DNA of 52,605 nucleotides. Origin: an uncultured Nitrososphaerales archaeon. GTDB taxonomy: Archaea > Thermoproteota > Nitrososphaeria > Nitrososphaerales > Nitrososphaeraceae. This document shows positions 34,757-46,322 of this stretch, piece by piece. Positions within the stretch are counted from its first letter, which is position 1. Every line of letters begins with the position of its first letter. The notes under the pieces are model-generated. The model was not told the DNA's origin and searched no databases. It worked only from the letters and a program-made list of their open reading frames with translations. The stretch covers positions 1 through 52,605 of the forward strand of contig CAVPXM010000016.1 in assembly GCA_963709405.1 (NCBI GenBank), in the 5' to 3' direction. A program made the translations under genes and the position numbers.

Positions 34757-35806
34757 ATGAAGGCAGCTGTATATCGTGAGCATAATAAGGATCCAAGAAA
34801 AGTTGTAAAAATAGAAGACATAGAAATCCCAAAAATCAAGTATAATCAAGTTCTTATAAAAGTCGAAGCAGTCTCCTATAATTACAATGATCTTTGGGGA
34901 ATTTGGGGAGAACCAATCAAGATTCCTCTTCCTCACATTTCTGGAAGTGATGTTTCGGGAACAGTAATAGATATTGGAGAAAATGTTTTACATATAAAAA
35001 AAGGAGAAAGAATAGTAGGACATCCCAATCTAACATGTAGAATATGTAATGACTGTACTTCTGGCAAAGAATATGACTGTCGTCAAAGACAAGTATGGGG
35101 TTTTCAAACTGGCCCTTTATGGGGGGGATTTGCCCAATATACATATTTACCAGAGGTCAATGTCATAAAAATTCCAGATAATCTTTCTTTTCAAGATGCA
35201 GCGGCTATTTCTATGGTAGGGATGACTTCTTGGCACATGTTAGTTACTAGAGCTAATATTCAGCCAGGACAAACTGTCTTGATTATGGGAGGTGGAAGTG
35301 GTATGGGAATAGCAGGTATTCAAATAGCAAAGTTGTTCAATTGTGATGTTATCGCAACAGCTGGTACGCAAGAAAAAATGGATAAATGTCTTAAATTAGG
35401 TGCTGATCATGTTGTAAACCATAGAGAGCCTAATTGGTACAAGAAAGTTAGAAATTTAACAAATAATCAAGGTGTGGATATTATTTTTGAACATATAGGA
35501 AAATCTGTATTTGCAGAAGAAGTTAGTCTCTTAAATATGGGCGGTACCTTAGTATCTACTGGAGCAACAACAGGATATGATTCAAAATTAGATTTGAGAT
35601 ATCTCTTCTTTAGAGGACTTAATCTTATCGGAGCTACTCAAGGAACACGTGCAGGATTAGAAAAGATAGTTAAGTGGACAAGTAAAGGAAAAATAAAAGC
35701 AATAATAGATACGGTTTATCCTTTCGAAGATATGGTAATGGGTCACATAAAAATGATGGAATCACGATTGTTCGGAAAGCTGATTACCACTCCACAAAAG
35801 TTATGA
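34757..35806 (+). CDS. Zn-binding dehydrogenase (MDR family)
   Basis: PHISGSD, C-x2-C-x2-C-x7-C, GGGSGMG. Confidence 0.9.
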   Translation: MKAAVYREHNKDPRKVVKIEDIEIPKIKYNQVLIKVEAVSYNYNDLWGIWGEPIKIPLPHISGSDVSGTVIDIGENVLHIKKGERIVGHPNLTCRICNDCTSGKEYDCRQRQVWGFQTGPLWGGFAQYTYLPEVNVIKIPDNLSFQDAAAISMVGMTSWHMLVTRANIQPGQTVLIMGGGSGMGIAGIQIAKLFNCDVIATAGTQEKMDKCLKLGADHVVNHREPNWYKKVRNLTNNQGVDIIFEHIGKSVFAEEVSLLNMGGTLVSTGATTGYDSKLDLRYLFFRGLNLIGATQGTRAGLEKIVKWTSKGKIKAIIDTVYPFEDMVMGHIKMMESRLFGKLITTPQKL

Positions 35807-36333
35807 TTCAATGTGTTTGAATTTTCTCATTAAATAATGGTCTTGCAATTATGTAAGACTTGTACTGAACGAAAAAGCAAAGATGTTGAAGGGAAATAAT
35901 CACCTGAGCGATAGTAAATCAGATCGATAGTATTTCCAGCGGATTCGGTGGAATGCAATTAAGTAGTGTATGTAATCCACTTTTTTGGACAAGTCATCAG
36001 ATATCGTCTTGCGTGGATAAGTGAAAGCAATTCGTTATCGAGCTGCGATTTATACTGTCTTAGTATGTATAGATGAAAGCCGAATGGGATGGCGCGCCTT
36101 CCTATTCTAAAGAGGACCAGATATGACACAAATGTGGATTTATACATAGAAATTGGATCTGGTATCATTTAACACCAGGGATACCCGGGTTATTTTCAAC
36201 TCTAGAGAAGAATTGGAGGAAGATAGGATAATGTAAAGGAAAATTATAATAGGATTCAGAATCAGACGAGCGGCCGTATTGACCTATGCTTCCATAACTT
36301 AATCTATTATGAATGCATTCAAAATATTTTACA

Positions 36334-36390
36334 TACTAAGGGGGTAAATTTCTTTCTGTGAGGGGTCGAAAGAAAAATTACGCCTTTGTA
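36334..36390. repeat. Imperfect hairpin repeat, copy 1
   Basis: TACTAAGGGGGTAAATTTC ... GAAAGAAAAATTA shared with 37418-37482. Confidence 0.7.
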
Positions 36391-36447
36391 TCTCATTATT
36401 TTCATTATTAATCTGGCTCAGTATGTTATTATAATCATTACGACTAA

Positions 36448-37342
36448 GAACCCATCCCAAAAATAGATAGACATATAGCTTGAGAATGTCTGTTCATTGA
36501 TGTGGCTTACGACAGAATCAAGTACATTCCAACTGTCAAGAGAATCCCAGATGAGTTATGGGATGAGATAAGGTTGATACTTCCACCTGAAAAACCAACT
36601 AATACCATAGGACGTCCAGCGGTATCATTTAGGAAGATACTGGATGGTATTCTATATGTCTTAAGAACTGGGTGTCAATGGAAGATGTTGCCCAAGGAAT
36701 ATGGCTCTGGATCAACCTGCCATAGACGATTCCAACAATGGTCAATATTGAAGGTATTTAAAAAATTATGGACTAGACTTCTAATAGTGTATGATGATGT
36801 AGTAGGTATTCGTTGGAAATGGCAATCACTTGATAGTGTATCTGTAAAGGCACCTTTAGGGGGGAAATGACTGGCTGGCCCTAATCCTACAGACAGAGGT
36901 AAGTTAGGAACAAAACGTCATATATTGACAGATCAAGATGGTATTCCATTATCCGTTGTTATAACTGCGGCTAATACGCATGATATGAAGGCTGCTATAA
37001 ACACACTGGATAATATCGTAGTTAAAAGACCGTCTTATAATATTAATAAAGAGAAACAGAACCTCTGTCTTGATAAAGGATATGACTTTCAGGAGATCGA
37101 GAATGGTGTTATCAAGAAAGGATACTTACCACATATTCGACATAGAGGAGAACAATCAATAACAAAGGGTAGTATTCATCATACTACGAGAAGAAGATGG
37201 GTTGTTGAAAGAACTAATTCCTGGCATAACAGGCTCAGAAAACTCTTAGTTAGATATGAAAAGAAGATAGAAAACTATTTTGCTTTAGTATGTTTGGGCT
37301 GTTGCATTATTATATACAGGAGGATAATTTTGGGATAGGCTC
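36448..37342 (+). mobile_element. IS5-family element (IS427/IS1031-like)
   Basis: TIRs GAACCCATCCCAAAA / TTTTGGGATAGGCTC, TAA target duplication; split transposase 36502-36870 and ~36867-37338 (DKGYD, RWVVERT). Confidence 0.92.
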
Positions 37343-37417
37343 TAATATTAATTTGATTAACTTTCATTTTATTATTCCAATTCTCTATCCTGGATTACTA
37401 GAGCTAAAATTTCTGAC

Positions 37418-37482
37418 TACTAAGGGGGTAAATTTCCAGTGTGCGCCCACATTGTCTGAGAAAGAAAAATTATCCCCTAGCA
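37418..37482. repeat. Imperfect hairpin repeat, copy 2
   Basis: Same 19-bp and 13-bp arms as 36334-36390 with a different central spacer. Confidence 0.7.
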
Positions 37483-37642
37483 ACATATTTTATAGCGTGT
37501 CAGAGGAAAATGCTAAAACAAACAAAGCATAACAGGAATAGAACTGTGCAATATTATGACGACCGGGAATAATATTTTGCACCTAGGCCAGAAAGAAAGA
37601 AAGGTCAATAACCAAGATGAGCATATTGTTCCCGGGATTATT

Positions 37643-38953
37643 TTATTTAGTGGTAGAGTTGAAGGATGGCATAGAAGTAGAGTTGCGCGCGGCTACAGCA
37701 TGATTTGCAAATCCGGAATGAGTCTCAAGCCATGCGTAAAGATCTGCTAATACATACTGCTGGATCGGTCCAGACCCTGTTATCCACTGAGATGAAGGAT
37801 AGAACAAATGTCCTAGATTGGGATATGTGATCAATGTATGATCAGGATGATTTAGGTCAGTTAGTCTTTGTTGTAAGAGAAACGCTTGCTGGACTGGAGT
37901 ATCAGAATCATTTTCCCCATTGAGCAGTAGGATGCTAGTAGAATTAGATACATTACCAATGATGCTTAAAGTTGGAATCAAATTAAAGTGTGACCTGTAC
38001 CATGCAGGACATCCTTCAAGATTGTTGCATTTGGATAGATTGAAAGCTGTCAAGTTTTCATATGATTTTATCAGTAAAGGTTTAAGTTGTTTATCAATAC
38101 TTATTCGACCAGCTTCTAATGTATTATTTCCAAATTTGTTTATGAGATAGTTAGTTATAATTTTGGTGTCATTAGTACGCAAAAAGGTAAGTAGAACTGA
38201 AGATGGCACAAATATATGGCTTAGCACAGGATCCTTTGCTATTTGTTGTATAGATATCAGTCCAGTATGGTTTTTATCCAATACTTGTATAGCGTACGTT
38301 TCTGGTATGGATACCGCTTGATAGTGGAGTAGATCTCGAAGGTTCTGAGCTACTGTGCCCATAAGTATAATATTCTTTACCTTCGTCGGATTATCTATTG
38401 CTACTCTAGGAGCAATAACCACACCTTCACTATGGCCAATCAAACTTATTCTCTTGGGATCTGCTTCAGGTTGAGTTGAAAGAACATTCAAAGCTTTCTC
38501 CGCATCATGTATTAGATCATTTACTGTAGCATTTCCCCATACGTTCTGGTTAATTGTAAAATTTGCACCAACACCTCTCTTGTCATATCTAAGTACAGCA
38601 AAGCCCCTCTCTGTTAGAAATTTAGCAATTTGCCAAAGTGGTGTAGGTGGTTTAGGACCATTCTTGTGAACAAACCCTAATGTTCCATTCTTATCATTAG
38701 CACCGGATCCATGGATAAGTAAGACTCCCGGAAATGGACCTTTTCCAACGGCAGGAAATGTCAATTGGGCATTAGTCTTTACCCCATTCCCCAAGTCTAT
38801 TACTAGATTTCTATATTTTATAGTCTGGATGTATTGTTGAGCTAGTGCATCATTATTTCGTTCATTAAAAATACTAGTAGATAAACAAGATAATGCAAGT
38901 ATGGCTATCAATAATAATCCCAGAGGCAGCGTCATACTTTTTGTTCTATACAA
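37643..38953 (-). CDS. Exported alpha/beta hydrolase
   Basis: N-terminal hydrophobic leader; HGSG, RYDKRGVG, GHSEG nucleophile, GENDSD, LGHLF. Confidence 0.88.
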   Translation of the reverse strand: MYRTKSMTLPLGLLLIAILALSCLSTSIFNERNNDALAQQYIQTIKYRNLVIDLGNGVKTNAQLTFPAVGKGPFPGVLLIHGSGANDKNGTLGFVHKNGPKPPTPLWQIAKFLTERGFAVLRYDKRGVGANFTINQNVWGNATVNDLIHDAEKALNVLSTQPEADPKRISLIGHSEGVVIAPRVAIDNPTKVKNIILMGTVAQNLRDLLHYQAVSIPETYAIQVLDKNHTGLISIQQIAKDPVLSHIFVPSSVLLTFLRTNDTKIITNYLINKFGNNTLEAGRISIDKQLKPLLIKSYENLTAFNLSKCNNLEGCPAWYRSHFNLIPTLSIIGNVSNSTSILLLNGENDSDTPVQQAFLLQQRLTDLNHPDHTLITYPNLGHLFYPSSQWITGSGPIQQYVLADLYAWLETHSGFANHAVAARNSTSMPSFNSTTK

Positions 38954-39744
38954 CTTGCGATACGTAATCTGATCCTTGTATTTGAGGTTTTATGGATAAA
39001 CGCCACACAAAGGTTTGGATTCATTCTAAATACGTCATGGACAAATACTTACGTTTCTGACTTGCTGAAATATTACAAGAGATTCTTCATCGGTGAGTTC
39101 TTTTGAAAAATGTCATCGTGTATTAATAAATTCTTATCTATAGGACGTGTTATTTGGCGCGCCTCATTATAGACACATAGACTTCTATCATCATTGTCTG
39201 TGTATACCAAGGTGTTAGTCTATACATTTGATGTCTGAATTCAGAAAAGGTTTTTAATGCGATATGTTTCATATCGTTATTAGAAGACACTATTTCTGAG
39301 ATAACTATACTGGATTTTACAAGAATTCGATTTTGTCCAATGTGTTAAAACTTACAGGATGTTAAGAGCTAAACTGTGGTTCACATCCACTAATTGCTAC
39401 TATCTATAGATATCATCAATTGGCAGAGTCGACGGATATCAAGTTCGTCACAAGTCCTGAAAGTTTTATCTATTCATAGAATCAGTTAGTCATGAGTAGG
39501 TTTGGGGAATTTAAATAACTCTAATGTACACGCCTCAGGATCTTTGTACTCGATGTGATGGTCTTTCAATTCTAGATGAACATTTTTTCCTATGTAATGA
39601 TACAAGATTGGTCGGAAATGAGATATTGTCCGATATGTCTAAAATTGCTAGACCTAGAATGATTAATGAATATTGTGTTTCAATTTTTGAAAATAATATA
39701 AATCGACAATGTCAGCTTTTACGTTCTCATATCCTATTTGCTTT

Positions 39745-39957
39745 CTAGTAAATATCTACTAATTTTTTAGTCGAAGTTAGGCCTGAAATAATATGTATGC
39801 TATCTTTAGATGTTCCAAAATAATCCGCTAACTTTTCTAACAGTTCCCTATTTGCTTTGTTCCTCTCTGGCTTAGACTTTAATGAAATAGTTAATTCGTT
39901 ACCAATATGCTCGATTTTGCCACTTGAATTGAATTTGACAAAAATAGTATATCTCAA
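39745..39957 (-). CDS. DUF167 (UPF0235/YggU) family protein
   Basis: SKPERNKANRELLEKLADYFG..IISGLTSTKKLVDI. Confidence 0.85.
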   Translation of the reverse strand: MRYTIFVKFNSSGKIEHIGNELTISLKSKPERNKANRELLEKLADYFGTSKDSIHIISGLTSTKKLVDIY

Positions 39958-40040
39958 CCCTAAGTCAGTTACAAATAATAACTTGACACATAAATCTATT
40001 GGCTTAGGACAGAGCATAAAAAATCATCCTAAAGTTACTT

Positions 40041-41021
40041 TCAGGAAGTGTAACCATATAGAAATCAAAACAAGGTTTAATCTAATACATGAGAAAGAAT
40101 GGACTGGCGACACCATAAGCATTATTTGTAAAAGATATGGTGTATCCAGAAAGACTTACTATAAGTGGAATAAGAGATACAAACGGAAAGGGACAGAAGG
40201 CCTATCAGATAACTCAAGAAGACCTCATAATATCAACTACAGGAAGATAACATCTGAAATACAGGAAACAATACTCGAATCTGCGATTAACCAAAAGGTT
40301 TGGATGCAGCAGGATCAAGTTTAGATTAAGAAAGGTTGTTGGAATCTCGTTAAGCACCAGAACTATCTACAGAATACTGAAGAGACATAGTCTTAATATC
40401 CTTGGATGTAAGGCTAAAATAAGAAGCTACAAACGCTTTGTGATGAAGCATCCAAATGATATGGTACAGATGGATATTCTTGGACCATTTTATATTCGTA
40501 ATTCCAGTCAAAGGAATTACATCATCAGTTGTTTAGACGATTGTTCAAGAAAAGTAGCTAGCAAGTGGTCTGAAAGAAAGAGGTCAGTTGATGTTCTTAA
40601 CGGTACTATAGGATTGGATAATGACTAATGGTAAGCCTAAGAAGATAATGCATGATAATGGTAAACAGTTTACATACAAAATATTTAGACATTTCCTGGT
40701 ACACAACCAGATAAAGGATAAACAAATACCAAATTCTTATCCACAATTACAAGGGAAAATAGAAGCATACAACAAGGTAGTAAAGAATGAGTTTTTAGCA
40801 GTTGAGGATATACCAAACATAGTCGATGGTAAAATAAGATATGATAGTATGTTTGTAAAAGCGTACAATGAAACCAGAGAACATGGAGGAATAAACGGTC
40901 TTACTCCATCAGAGATGTTTCTACAAAGATTAATTACATCCACCATAAGTATAAGAGCTAAGCACCAAAGTGTAACCCATGTAGGTGATCAATAATGTAA
41001 CCTATCTATGTAAGTACAACA
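40041..41021 (+). mobile_element. IS481-family element (copy 2), left end missing, transposase frameshifted
   Basis: Clear nucleotide similarity to 2095-3070; right TIR ..AAGTACAACA at 41021. Confidence 0.88.
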
Positions 41022-41380
41022 CCTAGTTATCAGCATTTGACGCCGGCAGTACAATCAACTTGCCATATCTCTGCATGTTCATCATAGACTGCAAATGTGA
41101 TTCCAGTGTTCAAGTTAGAATAAATGGCGTACTTTCAGATCACTTGAGCGTATTTTTATTTTATATACATTGCAGTAGCAATTTAACTCTGATTCTGTCT
41201 CATGAAGATGCTATCTTCACTACAATCAGTATTATTGTATGCATGCACAGCTTAGCAAGCTTTAGACATTCCTGCCGCATCGCAAATTGTTCGATGAGAC
41301 TTATCTTAATGAGTATAGTCTTTTTCCTGCTTTCCATCATATCATACAGATAAATTTTGTATTTTAATTATAAAGTATTA

Positions 41381-41515
41381 TAGAGGGGTGGGGGCAGTAG
41401 CCACATCCCCTCTAACCCGGAAAACACATTGTTAGTGGGTTGTTGATGGTTCGAGTGTAATTGGTAGTTATGAGGGATTGATAATCACGCGCGTACGAAT
41501 TCTCCCTCATAACTA
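41381..41515. ncRNA. Candidate structured element (three tandem stem-loops)
   Basis: TAGAGGGG/CCCCTCTA, AACCC/GGGTT and TAGTTATGAGGGA/TCCCTCATAACTA stems in an intergenic, locally GC-rich stretch. Confidence 0.35.
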
Positions 41516-41782
41516 TGAATTATACTATGTCTGTTGGTATCATACTTTATCATAATCTGAAATATAAAAAAATAGGATAGACAGAAAGTTAAAATTAAAA
41601 AAAGCTAGGGTTATGCTCTCATCAGAAATGGTGATGGAAACGGATAAAAATACGGATGGCTCTAGATATCTCTGATATTGGAAGACGTTCAATATTACTA
41701 GGGAAGTTTTTACTTTACATAGTATACACAAAAAGTTATACACTATGCTAAGAATATTTGAAGAAGAGATTGAAACTAGCTA

Positions 41783-42013
41783 ATGACAAAACAGGAAGGA
41801 GACAATAACAATAACAATATCGATTCTACTAGTCCTTCTATACTTAAGGAACAACGACAGATAGTACTAAATTTGTACAATTCAGGTATTGAACCTGAGG
41901 TTATAGCCTACCAATTAGATATTGGCCAAGAAGAAGTTAACAGAGTCATAAAAGAAGAAGAAGAAGAAAAGAAAGAATTGGAAATGAAACAGAAAATATT
42001 AGATGCTTGGGAG
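41783..42013 (+). pseudogene. HTH-like hypothetical protein truncated by IS3
   Basis: LYNSGIEPEVIAYQLDIGQEEVNRVI; the ORF runs into the IS3 terminus. Confidence 0.6.
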
Positions 42014-43299
42014 TGTACCCCTCCAAACTGGGCAGCTTGTCAAGAGATAGTCTACTACCCATCTAATTATTACCTCCATTTATCATAGCATAAAACTCCT
42101 TCGGTGTCATGTACTTTAACGACGAATGCGGCCTGTTCCAGTTGTAGTCATGGAAGAACTTGTGGATAACAAGGTCAGCTTCTTGGAATGTCTGAAAGTC
42201 GTGCTGCCAGATACAGTCTTCCTTGATGGACTTGTGGAATGCTTCGATATACGCGTTCTGGTCAGGCCTATTCTTTCCAGTAACTTCGTGCCTTATTCCA
42301 TATACCTTCAATGTATTCACAAACCTAACAGACGTGTACTGCGACCCACCATCACTCCTTGTTGTCAGATCGAAGCAGAGAAGAAATGACTCCATCTGGA
42401 AACCTTTCCAGTACTGCCATTTCCAATGTCCTTATAGCTTCATCTGTACCACACTGGGTACTGAATGTGTATGCCAGCCATTCTCTTGTATAACAGTCCA
42501 AGATGCTAAACAGATAGCACCACCCATCATGGCCACACCAGATATAGGTTATATCCTGTTGCCAAAGCTGGTCTGGTCTTTCCGGTACTGTAAGGATCCT
42601 CTTTATAATAACATGCTTTCTGACACTTCTTTTCCTGACAAGATTAGCAAGCTTCATGATACGATACACCTTCTTTCTATTTACTGCTATCCCATTTCTG
42701 TGAAGCATGGCTGTTATTCTCCTAACCCCATATGAGGGATATTCCAATGCCACTTTTTCTATGGCTTCAAGTGCTACTGCTTCTGTTGAATCACTGCGGC
42801 GACGATTTCTGTTGCTAATAATAACTGCTAGTCGTTGTTTGGGTTTGTAGTAATAGGAACTTCTGGAATATCCGGACAGTACAGACGCTTTCAGTACGCT
42901 ACTCTCTTTCATCATCATCATCATCAATAATTCCTGAAAGGCGGCTTTTCTCATAGCCTTGTCCGCCCCTTTTTTAAAAGCTCATTTGACAGTGCTAGAT
43001 CAGCTACCATTTCCTTGAGTCTCTTATTTTCCTGTTCCAGCTGCTTTTCTCTATCCGATGCATCTGCACCAGATAAACCTCTTGTACCTGCTTGAACGAA
43101 ACTTGCTTTCCAGCTGTAGACCAGGGTTGGTCGAACGTTGTACCTCCTGCATATTTCGGCTGTCGACGTACTTGTGGTCAATATTTCCAGCACTATGTTG
43201 GCCTTCTCTTCTCCACTCCATCTTCTACCTGGCATATTCTGTACCCTCCAAAGTGTATCTTAAAACTGGCCTAAAGCTGCCCAGCTGGTATGGGGTACA
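42014..43299 (-). mobile_element. IS3-family insertion sequence
   Basis: TIRs TGTACCCC..CTGGGCAGCTT; orfA 42951-43235, A6G slippery site, orfB 42063-42954 (WQQDITY, SDGGSQY, NAYIEAFH) with an extra frameshift. Confidence 0.92.
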
Positions 43300-43474
43300 G
43301 ATCAGGAGCTCTATCATTAGATGAATTTTTTGCTCTTGGTAATCCTTTTGTTATTCTCTTCCAATTGAGTGTTAAATCATTCATTTCACAAAAGAGCTTG
43401 GCAGGCTCTGTAGTAATTTTTAAGGGTACCGGCAGCAAGATCTTTGCGTCTGACTCTCTCCTTATGAAAGTCAA
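43300..43474 (-). pseudogene. Integrase N-terminal remnant
   Basis: KLFCEMNDLTLNWKRITKGLPRAKNSSNDRAP parallels KMFCEVIDVIIQWKKITRGLPRGKRYADDRAP in 46393-47670. Confidence 0.8.
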
Positions 43475-43551
43475 GGAATATAATGATACTATCCTGGGCC
43501 CAATGCATACCCTTCTCTCTTGTTTTTTCTAGAAACTCTTTAGCTTGTTCT

Positions 43552-43872
43552 TCAACTATGAAATAGCATATCTATCACAGAAGTTCCTAATACAATTTTG
43601 TTTGTTTTTGCAGCAACATAGGTAAGCGTCTCTAGGGGCTCAAATATATACTGCCAATCAGCTGGAAACTTGCCATCCGTAGATCCAGGATATGGGTCAT
43701 GTGGCTTAATAGGCCAAATCAATCTTTCTAAAACCCATAAAGAATCAAAACCAGCATTTTCAGCTTGTGTTGCAAGTCTGATTATATTTTGTTTTGTAGC
43801 ACGATGTTCATCTGTTTGTGGTACTCTTAATCCTATTTTCATACCATTATTATTATCATTATCATTATCCAT
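43552..43872 (-). pseudogene. LLM-class (F420-dependent) oxidoreductase, N-terminal fragment
   Basis: MKIGLRVPQ..AENAGFDSLWVLERL..EPLETLTYVAAKTNKIVLGTSV; truncated. Confidence 0.85.
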
Positions 43873-44053
43873 TCTAGGCAACAACAACAAAATCAAGCAA
43901 TAATCAAATAAATATAGATTAAGACAAGAATCAAAATGACTACAATTAGAAAATACCTGAGTGATTGTATACTAATGGCAATAATTCTCCTTTAACAATA
44001 ATTTGATGGAACCATATCAAGTTATTCTAATCTTATCTCTAATAATAAAATTA

Positions 44054-44982
44054 GGTAATACCTAAGAGTTTGGAACAGATTCTACCATCATCTCTGTCAG
44101 TATTCTGAAGATATTTTCGTTCCTATGATTGAACCTGAACTCTATTTCCTTTAAATAAAGTTCAAAGTATGATTTCGGTACACCTCGGTAGTGATATAGC
44201 CATGTCTTGGCATAGCTCCAGAATCCTTCGATACCATTGATATGAGTTGCATCACCTCTAACATATTCTTCCTTTCCATGAAGTATTATCTGATGTTTAC
44301 CTATCAAATTCAATGTAGCGTATGCAGTATGATCATCCGTGTAATACAAGGAACCTTTCTTTGTATGTTGTTTTATCAATGGGATCAAAGTATCATGTTT
44401 TCTGTCGGATACAGGGAATGTGATGACCTTGCCATTTCTCTGGTATATTCCAAATACTAGGTTTTTACCTTCAGATCCCCATCCACGTTTTCCTTTCCTA
44501 TGTCCACCAAATAATGCTTCGTCTATTTCTAATTCTCCGGACAACTTCTTTAACTCTTTTAGTTTCAGCAACGACTCATTGTAGATTGATTGTCTGAATA
44601 CTCTGAATGTCTTCTCTATCGTAGTCAAACTAAGTGGTACATAAAACCTGATCCTGTATGCAGGTACTCCTAGAGCGAATAGGTACGTAAGATGTACTAG
44701 TTTATCAAGCGAAAAGTTGAATTCTCCGATATACGTTCCTGTAAACTCTCCAAACTTGTATTTACAACGTCTGCATCCAAATCTCTTATCTTTAAGATGA
44801 TACAACAATCGGTATCCACATCTTGGACATTGTCTCCTTCCCTTCCATCTAGCATGACGAAAGTACGCAGCACTTTTTGTCACGCTTCCAGCGAGTTCTA
44901 TTGGGCTGTATTCACGCACGCAGCACGAATGTACCAGTCAAAATTATTCTTTATTTCTTGTTCCAAATGTTTGGGTATTACC
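44054..44982 (-). mobile_element. IS1595-family insertion sequence, intact
   Basis: 24-bp TIRs GGTAATACCTAAGAGTTTGGAACA / GGTAATACCCAAACATTTGGAACA and perfect 8-bp target duplication TAAAATTA. Confidence 0.95.
44062..44919 (-). CDS. IS1595 transposase
   Basis: Zn ribbon CPRC..CRRC; EIDEALFGG, YTDD, HINGIEGFWS, YLKEIEFRFN. Confidence 0.95.
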   Translation of the reverse strand: MREYSPIELAGSVTKSAAYFRHARWKGRRQCPRCGYRLLYHLKDKRFGCRRCKYKFGEFTGTYIGEFNFSLDKLVHLTYLFALGVPAYRIRFYVPLSLTTIEKTFRVFRQSIYNESLLKLKELKKLSGELEIDEALFGGHRKGKRGWGSEGKNLVFGIYQRNGKVITFPVSDRKHDTLIPLIKQHTKKGSLYYTDDHTAYATLNLIGKHQIILHGKEEYVRGDATHINGIEGFWSYAKTWLYHYRGVPKSYFELYLKEIEFRFNHRNENIFRILTEMMVESVPNS

Positions 44983-45162
44983 TAAAATTATATGCATCGC
45001 GCTAACAATATTGTATACACTACATGTATACATATACAAGCCCACATACTACGAACTACAAAGCAGAGTGTATGACAAAAAGTTACTTTGTATATACCCT
45101 GCTTCTCTATACGATGTATTAGTTTTTATGATATATTTGTATATTTGATTCTGAAGTAATGA

Positions 45163-46247
45163 ATGAAACAGCTTGCATTTGGAGTTCATTTACCAGTTAT
45201 CGAATTTAATAGCAGCAGTAATAGTAATAATAAAAATAATGAAAGAAACGAAAAGCTTCATACAAGAGAACAAATACTTTCAATTGCAAGAAAAGCAGAG
45301 TCTCTTGGCTATGATTCATTGAGTGTAAACGATCACATTGTCTCTAGAACTAGTTGGTTGGACGCGCTAAGTACGTTGTCAGTAGCTGCAGCAGTAACCA
45401 ATAGGATAAAACTTGGCACATCCATACTAAACATAGTTGTAAGAAGCCCTATTATATGTGCCAAGGCTTTATCAGTTATAGATATACTATCTTCTGGAAG
45501 GCTATTTCAGCAGGAGTTGGGCCTGGCTCACATAAGGGAGATTATGATGCATGTGGAATTCCTTTTGAGCATAGGTGGAGTAGATTTACTGAAGCATTAG
45601 AGATTTTGCATATACTTTGGAACAGTAGTAGTAGGAGAAAACAAAATGATGATGATGATGACGGTAATGACATAAAGGCTACTACTACACAATACGTAGA
45701 CTATAGCGGCAAATATTATCAATTAGAGAAAATATCTATTGCACCAATGCCATTTCAAAAGCCTCACCCTCCTATATTCGTAGGCACATGGGGATCATCA
45801 GAAGCAGGTCTAAAAAGAACTGCAAAATATGGTGATGGTTGGATGGCATCTGCATATAATATCACACCAGACAAGTTCAGAGAAAAATGGAATATCCTTT
45901 TGTCATACAGAAAAAGATTAGGTAAAGATAGCGAATCATTTGAAAATTGTCTTATGTCAATGTTTGGATACATCGATAGCGATAAAGATAAAGTTCACAG
46001 GATGGTAAAAGATAGGCTATCTCCAGCATTAGGCAGACCTGCAGAACAGTTAGAAAATCTACTTTTATTTGGGTCTGTTGAGGAGTGTATACAAAAGATA
46101 AATGTTCTTTATGAAGCTGGAGTAATGCGTTTCCATTTCTGGCCGATAAGCGATTTTGAAGAACAAATTGAGATCTTCAGAAAGGAAATAAGCTTCACAT
46201 TATTAGATTATAGAGATAGAGAGAGTAGTATGATGTTTTCCAAATAG
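45163..46247 (+). CDS. LLM-class flavin/F420-dependent oxidoreductase, frameshift near 45508
   Basis: AESLGYDSLSVNDHI, IKLGTSIL, SSGRL|AGVGPG, PFQKPHPPIFVG, YGDGW. Confidence 0.85.
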
Positions 46248-46322
46248 CTTTCTTACAAGGTTATTTTGGAGACATTACTGGTGTAGTTTTAGAATAGTGT
46301 ATTACATGCAGTAGTGTACTGC

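Noticed and set aside
36334-37482. Repeats as a CRISPR array
   Set aside because: Only two units, with the variable part inside each unit, ~185 bp periodicity and no cas genes
42908-42925. (ATC)n tract encoding poly-Met, and other AAT/GAT/GAA triplet runs
   Set aside because: Short microsatellites of this kind recur throughout the window; no sign of function
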